A stretch of 63,982 bases of DNA, filler included, from Lenisia limosa (lineage: Eukaryota; Protista; Breviatea): the NCBI GenBank assembly GCA_001655205.1. It is 18 parts of 18 records of this genome, joined end to end, with 100 filler letters (N's around TTAATTAATTAA, not from the genome) between each part and the next. Parts side by side here need not be neighbours in the genome. Positions count along the whole stretch, not along the records: positions 1 to 5,619 come from LPNZ01010594.1; positions 5,720 to 7,433 come from LPNZ01007872.1; positions 7,534 to 9,805 come from LPNZ01005047.1; positions 9,906 to 15,329 come from LPNZ01008098.1; 14 more parts are not named here. The stretch is one strand, 5' to 3'. Shown here piece by piece: positions 1 to 12,429 of the stretch. The number at the start of each line of letters is the position of its first letter. The first letter of the stretch is position 1. The position numbers were made by a program, and so were the translations under genes. Below the pieces are notes generated by a model that saw only the letters and a program-made list of their open reading frames with translations, was not told where the DNA came from and did no database searches.

Positions 1-539
1 ACAACAGCAAAGAAGAAGTCCAAGAAGTAACTTGTACCTATGGTCGATTGTGTATTTTTCGAGTATGTTGTCATTATTTTGAAATTTATCTACATATTTT
101 CCCCTCATTGCGTTTTCATTGAAAGAAAGTTGTTTGTTACTGCATATTCAATAATATCGAAAAAAATCAAGTAAAAACGCCTCTGTCTTCTTTTTTTTTT
201 TTTTTNNNNNNNNNNNNNNNNNNNNNNNNNNNNNNNNNNNNNNNNNNNNNNNNNNNNNNNNNNNNNNNNNNNNNNNNNNNNNNNNNNNNNNNNNNNNNNN
301 NNNNNNNNNNNNNNNNNNNNNNNNNNNNNNAAAAAAAACGACAATTTTCTAATATATTATAATTTCAGAAGAGGCAATAAATGAAAAATTTCAGAGACTA
401 ATTTTGAACTGAACTACGTGGTCACCCAATTGCCTTTTAGCCTTTTTGAAGAAAACCCCTTTTTAAAGTTAATAAAAACAGTTTTTTACAGCATTATTGA
501 GGTGTCCTTCATTTGGCATTACAACACAAGAACAAAGCC

Positions 540-1320
540 CATGAACAAATAGTTTAATTTCTTTCATTCAACCACTCATTTAACCTCTCTAAAGCTGTCA
601 ACAGGAAACAAAAATGACCCACTGTCCCGGAAATGTGGTTCTAATCCCAGGATGGTGAGTTTTTTTTCGTGAATTCCCCTCAGCAAGTCTTTGGGGCTGC
701 GTGTTCTGCTTCTTGCAGACGGTCTCTCCGCACCTACGCAGGTTTTGGACCCGATTTCTGTTCAGAGTGCATTTGAGCGTGCGGGGATCTTTGCCAATAC
801 ACTACTTCTGATGACCCACATGATGCGATTAGACTGTCAGTTCTACCCAAGCGTTGCCCTGGTTCCTGGTGTGACCGATTCTGACAAACCTCTATCTCCA
901 CTGAAGCGGAAGCCTTTGGAAAGCACTGTTCTCAACGACACCCCTTCCAGAAAGATTGTCTGTACATACAAGGAAGGCACTACACAAGGAGACAATAGCA
1001 ACTGCTGTTTTACTGAATATTGTGCAATCACTTATTGCTCGTGAGTAAGCCGACTACAAGATGCGGAAGCATCACTGTCTTTTACCTTGGTACAACAGCC
1101 CGTTGGTTTCTGATCAATTTTGACAGACCATTATCCCTTGAACTTGGCCCTCGTCGAACTTCAATTGATGTTGTTGAGACTGCAGAGGACTTTGACAAAC
1201 GCCGTCTTGAAGTTGCAGCTGAAATTGCAAAGGCGCGTAGATAAAAGAAAGCCAGGATGGATGGAGAAGGAAAAGAATGATGAAGGAGCACGTGGACGAG
1301 GACGTGCCTGCTGTGTCTAA
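540..1320 (+). mobile_element. Decayed pogo/DDE_1 transposase, C-terminal part
   Basis: QVFGAACS...VLDPISVQSAFERAGIF resembles the post-DDE helices in the other copies (RCRVLQAAC at 15.2 kb, ILISAFQNAGIH at 20.2 kb). Frameshifts are present, followed by a charged tail (VETAEDFDKRRLEVAAEIAKARR). Confidence 0.5.
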
Positions 1321-1991
1321 TTTTGTGTTGTTGCTACTCTAAGTATGACTTAATAATGACTTAATAGATTTGAAAGGACAAAATGGTGGTTCACATTCAT
1401 GTACTGCTTGCCTTTTTTGCACATCCCTAAATTCAGCTCTTCTGTGATCGCACTCATACTGGTGATCGCACTCATACTTGCAATCGCNNNNNNNNNNNNN
1501 NNNNNNNNNNNNNNNNNNNNNNNNNNNNNNNNNNNNNNNNNNNNNNNNNNNNNNNNNNNNNNNNNNNNNNNNNNNNNNNNNNNNNNNNNNNNNNNNNNNN
1601 NNNNNNNNNNNNNNNNAGTGTGATTAAAAGCATGATTTTAGGCCTCTTCTGGCCCCATGAAGGTAATATATACATATTAATTATATACTAGTGAGACGAT
1701 GGGCACCAAGGGGATGTCATATGTAATTTTACCATTTTTATGTTAGCGCTATAGTATCTCATAAAGATAAAAGTACCAACCTCGTTTTCTTGGAACATGT
1801 TGAGATACACGCATTTGACCGTGAGAGGAGACATTTGAAGAAGAAAGTTTCAAATTTGTGGCCGAAACCGGGCTCTGCCGCAGACAGGGCTAAAGAGGTA
1901 CAAAAAAGAATGTCAAGTAAGCTGAACATGATTCAAAGCCATTAGGCATTGAAAAAACACTATGTCCATATTACTAGACTCATCCAACTCT

Positions 1992-3843
1992 TGGGCTATA
2001 TTCTCGGATCCGGATACGAACGGATCCTGTCTGGATCTTGTCGGATCTCATAGGATCCGGATTTTTTTTTAAGGTGTCATTGTTGTATTGTATTGTATTA
2101 ATGTATACAAATCATGTACATGTCTTTCTTAGAGCGCGATTATTTTCGAATAAAAATAAGCTAAATTAATATTATGTATTATTTTATTAAATTCTTAACT
2201 GAGCGATTGATAAAAAAATTTTCCGATACTGTGAATAAAAATATTCTTATTATGTTGCTTGTTGCAATGGTCTCATTGTTTACGGTTTTGGCTGGGGCAG
2301 CAATTGCATTCCTTCTTGAAGCGGATGAGTGTAAGGTATCGGTTACTGCCGAATCTCTTGTGGGTATTGCGGTTTTTTGAGGCAGAAAGGACACAGCAGG
2401 TATGCTTCTTCACAATCTACTGCAAATCGAATTGAAGAGATATGTCATTGCGTCATAGATCTGAAACTAATAATTGTCATGAACAAGGGACCTTATTGAG
2501 TGCATTCCGCTGATAGTTCTCTTCAGCCTTGGTCAACCTGGTTTACTAACTAAGTTCTTGGGATGATGTTTGGTACACCTGTTGCCTTTCTACTTTTTTT
2601 TTTAAAATATTTGTTTAAGTTATACGGGGCCCTTCTCTAATTCTCCGAACCCGTTATTTTTGGAAATCTATTTTAATCTGAGTTGAAGTCGGTTATTATA
2701 TTGTTAAGAAGAACTTAAGGAAGCTCAATTAAGTCAAGGAAGATTTAAAGGAAGGAGACTGTATTTTAGGGAAGAAACTGTGATGGCTGTAAGCCTGACT
2801 TAGCGATGGTTTCGACTCTGAAACATCGTACAGACGAGGCCAGGAATCAGAGTTTGGGTGTCAACTACTCTAAGATTGTGAGACAGTTCACTTTGAGCGA
2901 TAAATCAATTAAGAAGACATAAGGTTGGATCACTGAAGTCTTTTGCTCCTCCCTTATGTATTTTTCTCTCAATAAAAATCGGTCAAGACTTATATTATGT
3001 TCACTGTATAAAGAATTGATTCTGATGGACTACACGTGCTTTGATTGTTTTATTAAGTTATTTAGTTGTTGAGAAGGTTCAACAATTTGTAAATGAAGAC
3101 TGTTACAGCGGCTGGATCCTGTGCTATCGGACAAGTGCTCACAAGTGCCATTGACGTTCTTGTTGGGTACGCATGCTGAACAAAGTGTTGTTGAAGCATT
3201 TTGAAATATACACTTATTTCTAACAAAATTGCGAAGATACGTGCAGCTGTACACCATGTCAATCGTGTTGGCCAAAAGCACATGCGGCCTGTGTTGAGTT
3301 TAAAAGGATGAGAAGTAATAAGGCCAATCTGACTCAGGCGTGGGCAAGCGCTCTGAAGTCGGCGGAGGCTATTTCGGTTGAAGGCATGAAGGTGCTAATT
3401 GGAGGTGAAATGGTTTCTTTGGACGATTCAGACTCAGTTTTCGTCCACGGAAGCCCTGTCATTTGTAGCAACAAGTCAGTAGGTTGAAATTGCTTTTATT
3501 TTGAGAATTTACTCGAATTGTAGACCAATTTGAATTCCATGGATAAGAGGTAGATAAAGTAAGCTAAAGTTTTAGTAAACTTAATAATTTTATCTTTTTT
3601 TTAAAAAAAGCAATCGCGCCCTTAGAGCTGGCGTAAACTGCATATTGTAAATATTATGTTATTATGAATTAGATTCACTACAAATCTTTTTTAAAATATT
3701 TTATGACTCTTTTATTAACAAAGAAAGAAAAAAAAAAATACGTATCTACATTCGGATCTTACCGAATCCAACATGGATCGACTCTTCAGGATTCAGGTAC
3801 GTCGGATCCTAAAGCCGAACCGGATCCGGTATCCATGACCCTA
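1992..3843. mobile_element. Nested non-autonomous hAT-like element(s) with GGATC-rich subterminal repeats
   Basis: GGATC/CGGATCC-rich blocks at 1997-2065 and 3750-3843, the latter ending ...CATGACCCTA. An inner inverted pair lies at 2130 (TAGAGCGCGATT) and 3612-3624 (AATCGCGCCCTTA). No clean TSD. Confidence 0.4.
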
Positions 3844-4789
3844 TCCACATCCTAACCGGTATTGAGACGCTGGTGCGTGGCAGCAAAGTAACGACAGGCG
3901 CGATGGAACAGCACCTCAAAGAGGGGGGAAGCAAATGAGTAACCTAGGACTCCATCGTTGCTGGTCAGTACCGTGATAGCATCCGGAGCAATCTTGCAAG
4001 TTAACGGGTCCAATGCAAAATACAAACAATAAAAACAGTTTTAAAGTTGTGTGTTTAACAACTATTGTATTTCAATAAGAGATTAATACCATAGGTTTAT
4101 CGACAATAAAACAATGCAAATAAAATTGTAATCGATAAAATAATAATAATAAAAGTGAACTGACACTACTATTTATATATCGATATACATATAGGTGGAC
4201 ATACATAACCTCAGGCACTCACATAACCTCGGGCACTTTTGAAAATACCCACTTTTTGGCTGAAAGAGCCCCATTTTGAGTGATGTATCGTATTTTATGT
4301 GCATTTTTTCTGGAAGAATATGATTATTGTACAAAATAATTTTTTTTAATTTTTGGAATATTCTGGAACATAGTCTCTTAAACAGTTCAGTTCATTGCCC
4401 ATTTAAGCTTTATTGTTTTTATTTTGCTCCCCTTTCAAAAAAAGTTACTTAGAAGTTAAAAACGATTGTTTTCCAGATCAGCCAGGAGTCTTTGCGAAGG
4501 TAAGGTCTTGCATAAAATTCGATTCTGAGTCGTTTGAATACCAACAACCTTATGATCACATTAGATTCTGAACGCTCTATTTGGGAGGTGATTAGCCTCT
4601 TAAAGAACCAAATCTCGAGGTATGAGAGGAATGCGAAATTTATTTTAATTTTTTTTGATTGATTTACATACTCGAATAGTTGACGGAAAGTTAAGTCGTT
4701 TGAATACCAGCAACCTATAAATTGCAACTATTAAATTTGAAGGTGGTCTTAGACAAACCTATTAGCGTGAAGAAGAACCAATTTCAAAG

Positions 4790-5460
4790 GTATGGCGTGA
4801 ATATTGTCACAATCAGATATGATTGGGTTAATTGTATTCGAAATTGAGTTTGGGAAGCTGGAATGCTGTTCTCTTACCATCAGGAGAAGCTGGATTTAAC
4901 CTTCTGAGCGACAAGGTTTGTAGTCAAATTACAGATGTTTCTACATACTGATAAAACTTAAGATTGCTGATATGATTAAGTCGCACTCTGGTAAAACCGT
5001 AACGTTCTCGTCGAAATATCTTCCATGATTTTTAAACAAATTTCCAATCTTGAAGATGAAGGTGGGGTCTAAATTTGTATTTAACATCTAGATACCCAAC
5101 ACTCTCGATAAAAGCCGTTTGGTTGCCCAAGACCCCGCAAGATTATGCAACATGTTGCTGCAATGTCCTCAGTGATTACAAGTGAAAAAATGCCATGAAA
5201 TTGCTTGTCTGAAGGATGCAATTACTCAAAATGAGGTGGACACTTTTAACAAATATCCAAACAGGTTACCATGGTGGGATTGCCCTTTGATTGGAGAGGA
5301 CCCCAATATTGCTTTCGAGGAAGGACCAAACGTCGTGTCAGTATTGCTCCTAACGATGAAAAACATTGGAGTGAAGTGCTTCTGAAAGAAAAGAAGATGG
5401 AACTTGCTGAGCGTCGTGGTGAGCTCATTCAACATTATATTGTTTTAATCATTGTTTAGA
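4790..5460 (+). mobile_element. Decayed C-terminal tail of the same pogo-like transposase family
   Basis: DTFNKYPNRLPWWDCPLI resembles KLNKAAGKLPWADSPLL of the 19.6-20.0 kb copy. Many stops and frameshifts. Confidence 0.4.
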
Positions 5461-5619
5461 AATCAACAGAAAGAAAAACTCAAGGAATGTTAAAGTACAA
5501 AAGCCGAAAGGTAGTTTGTTTAAGCTATCAATCGTCGCAAGACAAAAAATGTCAAAAAATAGCTGTTCCCCCCCCCCCCTTTATACCCTATTATTGTTAC
5601 AATCATCATATCTACTCTA

Positions 5620-5719
5620 NNNNNNNNNNNNNNNNNNNNNNNNNNNNNNNNNNNNNNNNNNNNTTAATTAATTAANNNNNNNNNNNNNNNNNNNNNNNNN
5701 NNNNNNNNNNNNNNNNNNN
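5620..5719. other. Artificial scaffold spacer (first of 17); the window is a concatenation of 18 unlinked scaffolds
   Basis: N-run + TTAATTAATTAA (stop in all six frames) + N-run. The 12-mer occurs at 5664, 7478, 9850, 15374, 24454, 26669, 28243, 31209, 35926, 49062, 51028, 53338, 54495, 56283, 57605, 60991 and 62407. Adjacency across a spacer has no biological meaning. Confidence 0.98.
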
Positions 5720-6153
5720 GGGGTGAAGTGGGATGGACTAATTCCGAAATATACAGCTAAGTAAACTATCGCAATATATCGAGGATTTATCGAGATGTTC
5801 AGTCATTTTCTGGATCCGAGTGAAGCTCTCATCATATCCAAATATAACCCCAATGTCATTGCTCAGCATCTACACTACATCTAAATCCATTCTACTAATC
5901 CCCCCACACACACAGGACTAACACTTTACTGTTTTATTTCGCATTTCGCTTGGAGAGATTTGTCACCTATTTCCGAATGTAATCTTTCGGTGCCATCATA
6001 TTTTTACTACTCTTTACGAGAATATAACTAAATTTATGGTCATAATGAAAATAATAATTACTTTTAATGCTTCAAATCTAAATCGTGTGTTACACTCGTT
6101 TACGATTCTTTTTGTCCTTCGACCGAGCCAACCTGCTTTAATATCACTGATTT

Positions 6154-7100
6154 GATCCAGCATCTGCACTACACCCAAAACTCGTCTGTTCTGGTGTCGA
6201 GTGTGGACGCCTTAAGTCAGCTCATGAACGTGGAGTCCACCAGAGAACAAGCCCTGCAGGTGAGCATTATTGTGACGAAATTTTAATGATATGGGGGAAT
6301 AGTAGTGGAGTGACTCTATTATTAGATGGCGTTTGTGACTCTATTTCTCTTATAAGCGTGATGATGTGGTCGGCTTCGGCCAGATACTTTCTTATTTTTT
6401 ATTTCTCATTGCAAGGGGGGGGGGGGNNNNNNNNNNNNNNNNNNNNNNNNNNNNNNNNNNNNNNNNNNNNNNNNNNNNNNNNNNNNNNNNNNNNNNNNNN
6501 NNNNNNNNNNNNNNNNNNNNNNNNNNNNNNNNNNNNNNNNNNNNNNNNNNNNNNNNNNNNNNNNNNNNNNNNNNNNNNNNNNNNNNNNNNNNNNNNNNNN
6601 NNNNNNNNNNNNNNNNNNNNNNNNNNNNNNNNNNNNNNNNNNNNNNNNNNNNNNNNNNNNNNNNNNNNNNNNNNNNNNNNNNNNNNNNNTTACCCCATCC
6701 TCTAGCTGATCCCTCGATTCCTTGCACTCTGCCCTCCGCTCACTGAGCTTGTCACTCTCAACACTGGCAGCTTGGATGAAGAGCACTACAACCTGATCAA
6801 GGTAGTTTGTTAACATTAAAGTCCGTACTGCAACCTGGATCACAAAGATAGGCAATTAGGGAGATAATTTGAGTTCTTTGGTTTTGCTTTTTTGGGTTCT
6901 TTTGTCATGCGCTTTTGTTTTGATTGGGTTGATATTCACAACCAATTCCCCTAATTAGCCAATGGTTAATTTTCTGCGTTTTTTTTTGTGATAATTTTCC
7001 AATTTTTTAGCCAACAAAGTTGATTTGGGCTTTTTTTTGTTTCATAAATTTTCCAATTTTACTCCCCCTCCCAGGCAATTTCCAGTTTTGCTACTGCAAT
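6154..7100 (+). CDS. Hypothetical protein, multi-exon fragment
   Basis: Exons bounded by cag|...|gtgag: HLHYTQNSSVLVSSVDALSQLMNVESTREQALQ and LIPRFLALCPPLTELVTLNTGSLDEEHYNLIK. Confidence 0.55.
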
Positions 7101-7629
7101 CGCGTCAAATACCCTGTCGCTAATGCCAAAAGGTTTGAGGAGGGGGGCCCCAATTGGTGAGGGAGGGGAGGGGGTGTGGAACTTGAAAGAAACATATTAT
7201 AATCGCATGTTTTCAATAGTATCTATTTAAATGGAATGTACCATTGTTATACCATCATCTCTAGAAGTTTTTTGAAGAATTAATTGACAAAATTCGAAAT
7301 TAAAGTGTCTGAAATGGAGTTCCCATACAGCAGTTCCAATTCGAATTTTGAAAATAACTGCACGATGTCCTACATCACCTTCTAACTGATACCATGTGTA
7401 AGGTTTACACACTCGCATTTAATCACCCTCTCTNNNNNNNNNNNNNNNNNNNNNNNNNNNNNNNNNNNNNNNNNNNNTTAATTAATTAANNNNNNNNNNN
7501 NNNNNNNNNNNNNNNNNNNNNNNNNNNNNNNNNATATATCTTCTCCACCATAACCATCCAGAAAATGACTTAGCTCCTTACCCCCAGATAACGCCCCAGA
7601 AAATATGTTCCTCCCCGTAACCCTCCAGG

Positions 7630-8782
7630 TGTGCCGTGGGCTGAGGTTTGGCGCACCAGCCATCGCGCGGCATGTACGCCAGTTCCGCGCTGGCATGCTC
7701 TTCTGGTGCTCCTCACGTCTATCAGCCAAATGCCCTTCGTTCCGAAGGAAGCCGAGCTGGTGGGGCGAGGGGTGAATTGGAACATTTATGAAACAAAAAA
7801 AAACAGCCTAAGAGGGTGGGGTGAATTGGAAACTTCATGAGAAAAAAAAATCCTCACACTCAAGGCTCTCATTGATCTGTTCTACCGGCTGTCCTTCTGC
7901 GGCATTAAACCTCAAATTGCTGAAAGTGTTGCTAACGCCCTTGACAATTATGGCAAAGAACGCAAGTACGTGGAATTATATTAGACCTGAATATTATACT
8001 AACTTGCTTTTGAGCAAGAATACATGTATACTTAGAATTCTAATATAGACTCTTATGGAGGGGAAGCAAGTTCGTGGGATTACTTTATAGTTGCTGCTAA
8101 AGTATCGCCAATGATTCAGCCAGGGAAATTCTTCTCATTTTGTAGTGGAAGATCCCCGGGTTCCATTATTGTCCCACGAGTGGCTGCCGCCACTGGTAAG
8201 ATCATTGATCATTTTTTGCTCTCTTAAGGATTGTTAATACCAACAACTTTAATCTCCGGCTCTTTTTTTNNNNNNNNNNNNNNNNNNNNNNNNNNNNNNN
8301 NNNNNNNNNNNNNNNNNNNNNNNNNNNNNNNNNNNNNNNNNNNNNNNNNNNNNNNNNNNNNNNNNNNNNNNNNNNNNNNNNNNNNNNNNNNNNNNNNNNN
8401 NNNNCTGCATATTTATGTACATAATATGTATCACCCCTCCCCTCCGTGGAGCTCTTTGTTTTATAACTTTCTTATCGCAGCTTTATACTCCTATTCTTCA
8501 ACAAAATGCCCTTTGTTTTACCCTTTCCCTCTTTACAGTACATCAACGCTGCAATTATATAACCCCCGCAGCCTTCCGAGTGCGATGGGATCGATCTCTT
8601 CTGTCACAACTGTCCTATCCCGGCCCGACCCCACTGGTAGACAAGTCCGTAGAAGAGGCCTTCAACAACACTAAGTTCTCTCTCGGGCACTTTGATAACG
8701 CTCTTGCCCCTTCTACTGTCGATAACTTGATCTTTGATGCTCTTGCTTCAACCGTGGGAGAGAGTTTACTGGGTTACTTGGG
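7630..8782 (+). CDS. Hypothetical protein, multi-exon fragment
   Basis: Phase-consistent exons VPWAEVWRTSHRAAC...EAEL / ALIDLFYRLSFCGIKPQ...ERK / LLWRGS / GRSPGSIIVPRVAAAT / AFRVRWDRSLLSQL...LLGYL, with GT-AG introns. Confidence 0.65.
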
Positions 8783-9954
8783 TATGGTAATCAATCATCC
8801 TTTGTTTCTTTAATATGTTTTCTGAATCCCTTCTTGTAACACTCATTTTCAAATGGGTGTGTTTTTATATTCTGTCTTTATTTGGAATTATCATTATGAC
8901 TGGTATTATCTCACTTTGAGGTGCAGTTCACTTCATCCATTTTTTAAAACAAACGTCCATATATTACTATTGAACAACATGATAGCATTGGTACCTTGAG
9001 TTTGTTTAATACAACTCATATAGATTATTTTTGTCAAATAGCCTTTTGGTAACAAATATGGACGGCCCTAAATAAAGTGGCTGTAACTACATTTGTGAAA
9101 CCTTCAATTCAATAAACATAAGAGCCACTTATTGAAATTGTTGGATGAAAACTGTACACATGGCAGACCTGATCACTTAGCAGAGTCGCATGACAGTTAA
9201 AAATATAGCAAAAAGAAAAAAGAAAAGGTCCTGTAAACAGGTTGAAAACAATGGAAAGAATCTTAGCTATTTTGAAGTTTTTTTTTTGTTGTTGTTGTTT
9301 TCTTTATTTATTGGGGTTTTGATTTGAATGTTCCTTCAATATTTTTATTATTATTATTATTTTGTTTTTTATATGTATCAAATACCAAATTATGTCTGAT
9401 ACAATATTACCTTTTCTATACACGACATCTTGGGGTAGATTAGCTTATGNNNNNNNNNNNNNNNNNNNNNNNNNNNNNNNNNNNNNNNNNNNNNNNNNNN
9501 NNNNNNNNNNNNNNNNNNNCTTCTTTCCTTCTTTGGTTTTTAATCGCAACTCATTCCATCCAATCTGCTCTTATCATTTTGGCTTCAATTGCGTCATCTT
9601 TTTAGGGGGCCCAACCCTCGCAAATTGTTCCTCACTCCGGACAACCAGTACAGGTACTGAGGGTATCATCATATTTGAATGTCACAGGTTTCATAAATTT
9701 TCCAATTTTACTCCCCAAAAAATATATTTCCATTTCTTATCGCCAATCCTTTGACTCTCACCCCTCGCCCCCTACTGTGGTGCTGCAGAAGCGACTAGCC
9801 TGGGCNNNNNNNNNNNNNNNNNNNNNNNNNNNNNNNNNNNNNNNNNNNNTTAATTAATTAANNNNNNNNNNNNNNNNNNNNNNNNNNNNNNNNNNNNNNN
9901 NNNNNGGGGGGGGGGGGTATTATGTGCGTGGCTCACTTTGGCTAAATCTATCTA

Positions 9955-11960
9955 GGAAATCTGCCACCTGCGAGATCCGACTTGACCATTAACTCCGGAC
10001 ACACTTACCACTCTGATGAAGATGTAGGGCCCTTCCTTTTGAACCAAGTTTCACAGTTGCTTTTGGGCTCTTTTTGTCTCTTTTTCATCGTATTTCTAGG
10101 ACTCTGATGCGTCTACCATTCAGGAAGACCTCCCGCGATCTCGAAGTGACAAAATAGAATGTGGGGGTCTATTGACAGGATATTCTAGTTTCAAATTTTG
10201 TCGATTACTTTCTTCAAACAAGTATTTGCACCTTTCTAGTTGTATTTCATTACCAACCTCTGTTATTCTTCATCAAATTTTGGGCGCCCTCTCAAACAAT
10301 TATTTACACTGTGATAATTACCAGATTCAGGCGGACAGGATCCCCAAACATTTAAGCGCAGCGCATAGTGTATTGAATCTTATATGATATGCAGTTTACA
10401 AAATTTAGGTGAACAGAACTCTCAAACCGATAATATTAACCAGACTTTGGCGAATAATACTTCCCTCTTTATATCAACCAGATTTAGGGAAACAATTACT
10501 TCCCTTCGTACCACAAACTTGTTTTATTTCTCATTTCTATATAATATGATATATTTACCAGATATAGGCGGACGGAATTCCAGGGACGTGAGCGCGTCAA
10601 GCATCCCAGCCGATGACGATGATGTTGGTGACTTGCCCGTTATTCAGAAGGACGAAATCTCTTATGTTTGGAGGGGTGGGGGATCATTTATGTTTGGAGG
10701 GGGGCTTCTTATATATTTGTTGGGAAGCCTGCCTTTCTATTAACAGTTTCTCTTGTAGGAGGTTGTAGTAAGTTTTTTTGAGGGTACTTATTTTATATTT
10801 TTATTTTTATACATTGTAGATCTCCATTATAATATTTATGTATTACATGTACATAAATATAAGCCATGGAATAGCAAATCGAGAGTAGTATTCATGATTC
10901 TCTCTGCATTAGTGGAATTGATTTCAGTATTCCCCGCATTCGCTTGTTTATTTCCTACTTTTACCAATCTATTTATGGTCTGTGTCTACTACCAACTTTC
11001 ACTCCGATAGATTGAGCCAACAACCCCCGTTAGTCGACCTACTAGTAGCGCAGGGTCAGAATACACCTTCACACAGTCGCATCTTGACCCTCAGGTTGGT
11101 TGCTGTGTAGCTGGTTTTTGATGGGGTAATTTTTTTTTTTTTTTTNNNNNNNNNNNNNNNNNNNNNNNNNNNNNNNNNNNNNNNNNNNNNNNNNNNNNNN
11201 NNNNNNNNNNNNNNNNNNNNNNNNNNNNNNNNNNNNNNNNNNNNNNNNNNNNNNNNNNNNNNNNNNNNNNNNNNNNNNNNNNNNNNNNNNNNNNNNNNNN
11301 NNNNNNNNNNNNNNNNNNNNNNNNNNNNNNNNNNNNNNNNNGGAAAATCCAAGCCAGGTAAGAACTGTTTTGTTTTTGTTAAGTGTAAAAGGATGAGTTT
11401 TCAACAGAATGATTGTCGTTGAATAAAGGTTTTCACAAACCTAAGATGGTTGCGATTTTATGAGTAAAATTACGATATCAGTAGCATTTTAATTCTAAAG
11501 GCGGAAGCGGATTCCCTCTCACACTCAATGCCGATGACTGCTCGGTAAGCCGCTATTCTGTGCTTTTGTGTTCCATAAAATTGCCTCCCCCCCCCCNNNN
11601 NNNNNNNNNNNNNNNNNNNNNNNNNNNNNNNNNNNNNNNNNNNNNNNNNNNNNNNNNNNNNNNNNNNNNNNNNNNNNNNNNNNNNNNNNNNNNNNNNNNN
11701 NNCGCTTCAGGCGAGGCGTCAACACCATTGCTGATAGTCTAACTGAAGCCAATACCGTTTCACCATACGGCCAAGTCACTTTGAACAGGTAACATTCTTT
11801 TTTGAATCTTCATTCTCAACTTGATTCTCAATTTCCACATCCTTAATCTCTTTCTCAATTTCCACATTCTTAACCCGTTTCTCAATTTCCAGGGGCTCTT
11901 TGAGTAACAGCGGTAAGATCGTTCCAGACCGCTCGCTCAATGAATCTCTCGGAGGTGAGC
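9955..11960 (+). CDS. Hypothetical low-complexity protein, multi-exon fragment
   Basis: Exons NLPPARSDLTINSGHTYHSDED / DSDASTIQEDLPRSRSDKIE / GGRNSRDVSASSIPADDDDVGDLPVIQKDEISY / RRGVNTIADSLTEANTVSPYGQVTLNR / GSLSNSGKIVPDRSLNESLG. Confidence 0.55.
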
Positions 11961-12429
11961 TGGGGGAGTAAAGTACATAGGGTAGTATTTATATAAAGTA
12001 TATATTCATATATCATCTGATATACCATATGCATATGCTGCGGCGCAGAAATCCCGCCGTGAATTCGACCCGCCGTTAAGTCAAAAAATTTCGAAAGATA
12101 TATAAAAATAAGGAATTCCTGATAAATATTGTTTTTCTACTGTATTTTAACAACAAGAGCAAAAAACAGTAATACCGAAAATATTTGGCAAATCTGGGGT
12201 AACCCGTGATATGAGAGGTACAAATCTGCATTGTTTTCTTCAAATAAATTACTTTTTTTTAGCTTTGACCTTTCCAGTAGTAGTGATTTTGGTTGTGTTC
12301 TTCTTCACCTTTGGAGTCATTTGCTTTTTTTTCAGCCTTTCAATTATTTCAGCAGTTGGGCCAACGACCCCACCCAGTTAGGGTGGATTCTTCTTTTTTG
12401 CAGATTCCTTCAGTTCCTCTGGATTTGCA

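Noticed and set aside
5790-5890. Apparent exon HFLDPSEA...QHLHYI* duplicating the next exon, with TAA opposite CAA
   Set aside because: Its 5' part is the right arm of a MITE-A copy; the short match is insufficient evidence.
12040-12085. GC-rich stretch with GAATTCGACCC resembling a tRNA T-arm
   Set aside because: No cloverleaf or A-box; more likely the end region of the adjacent transposon. No tRNA, rRNA or snRNA was recognised in the window.
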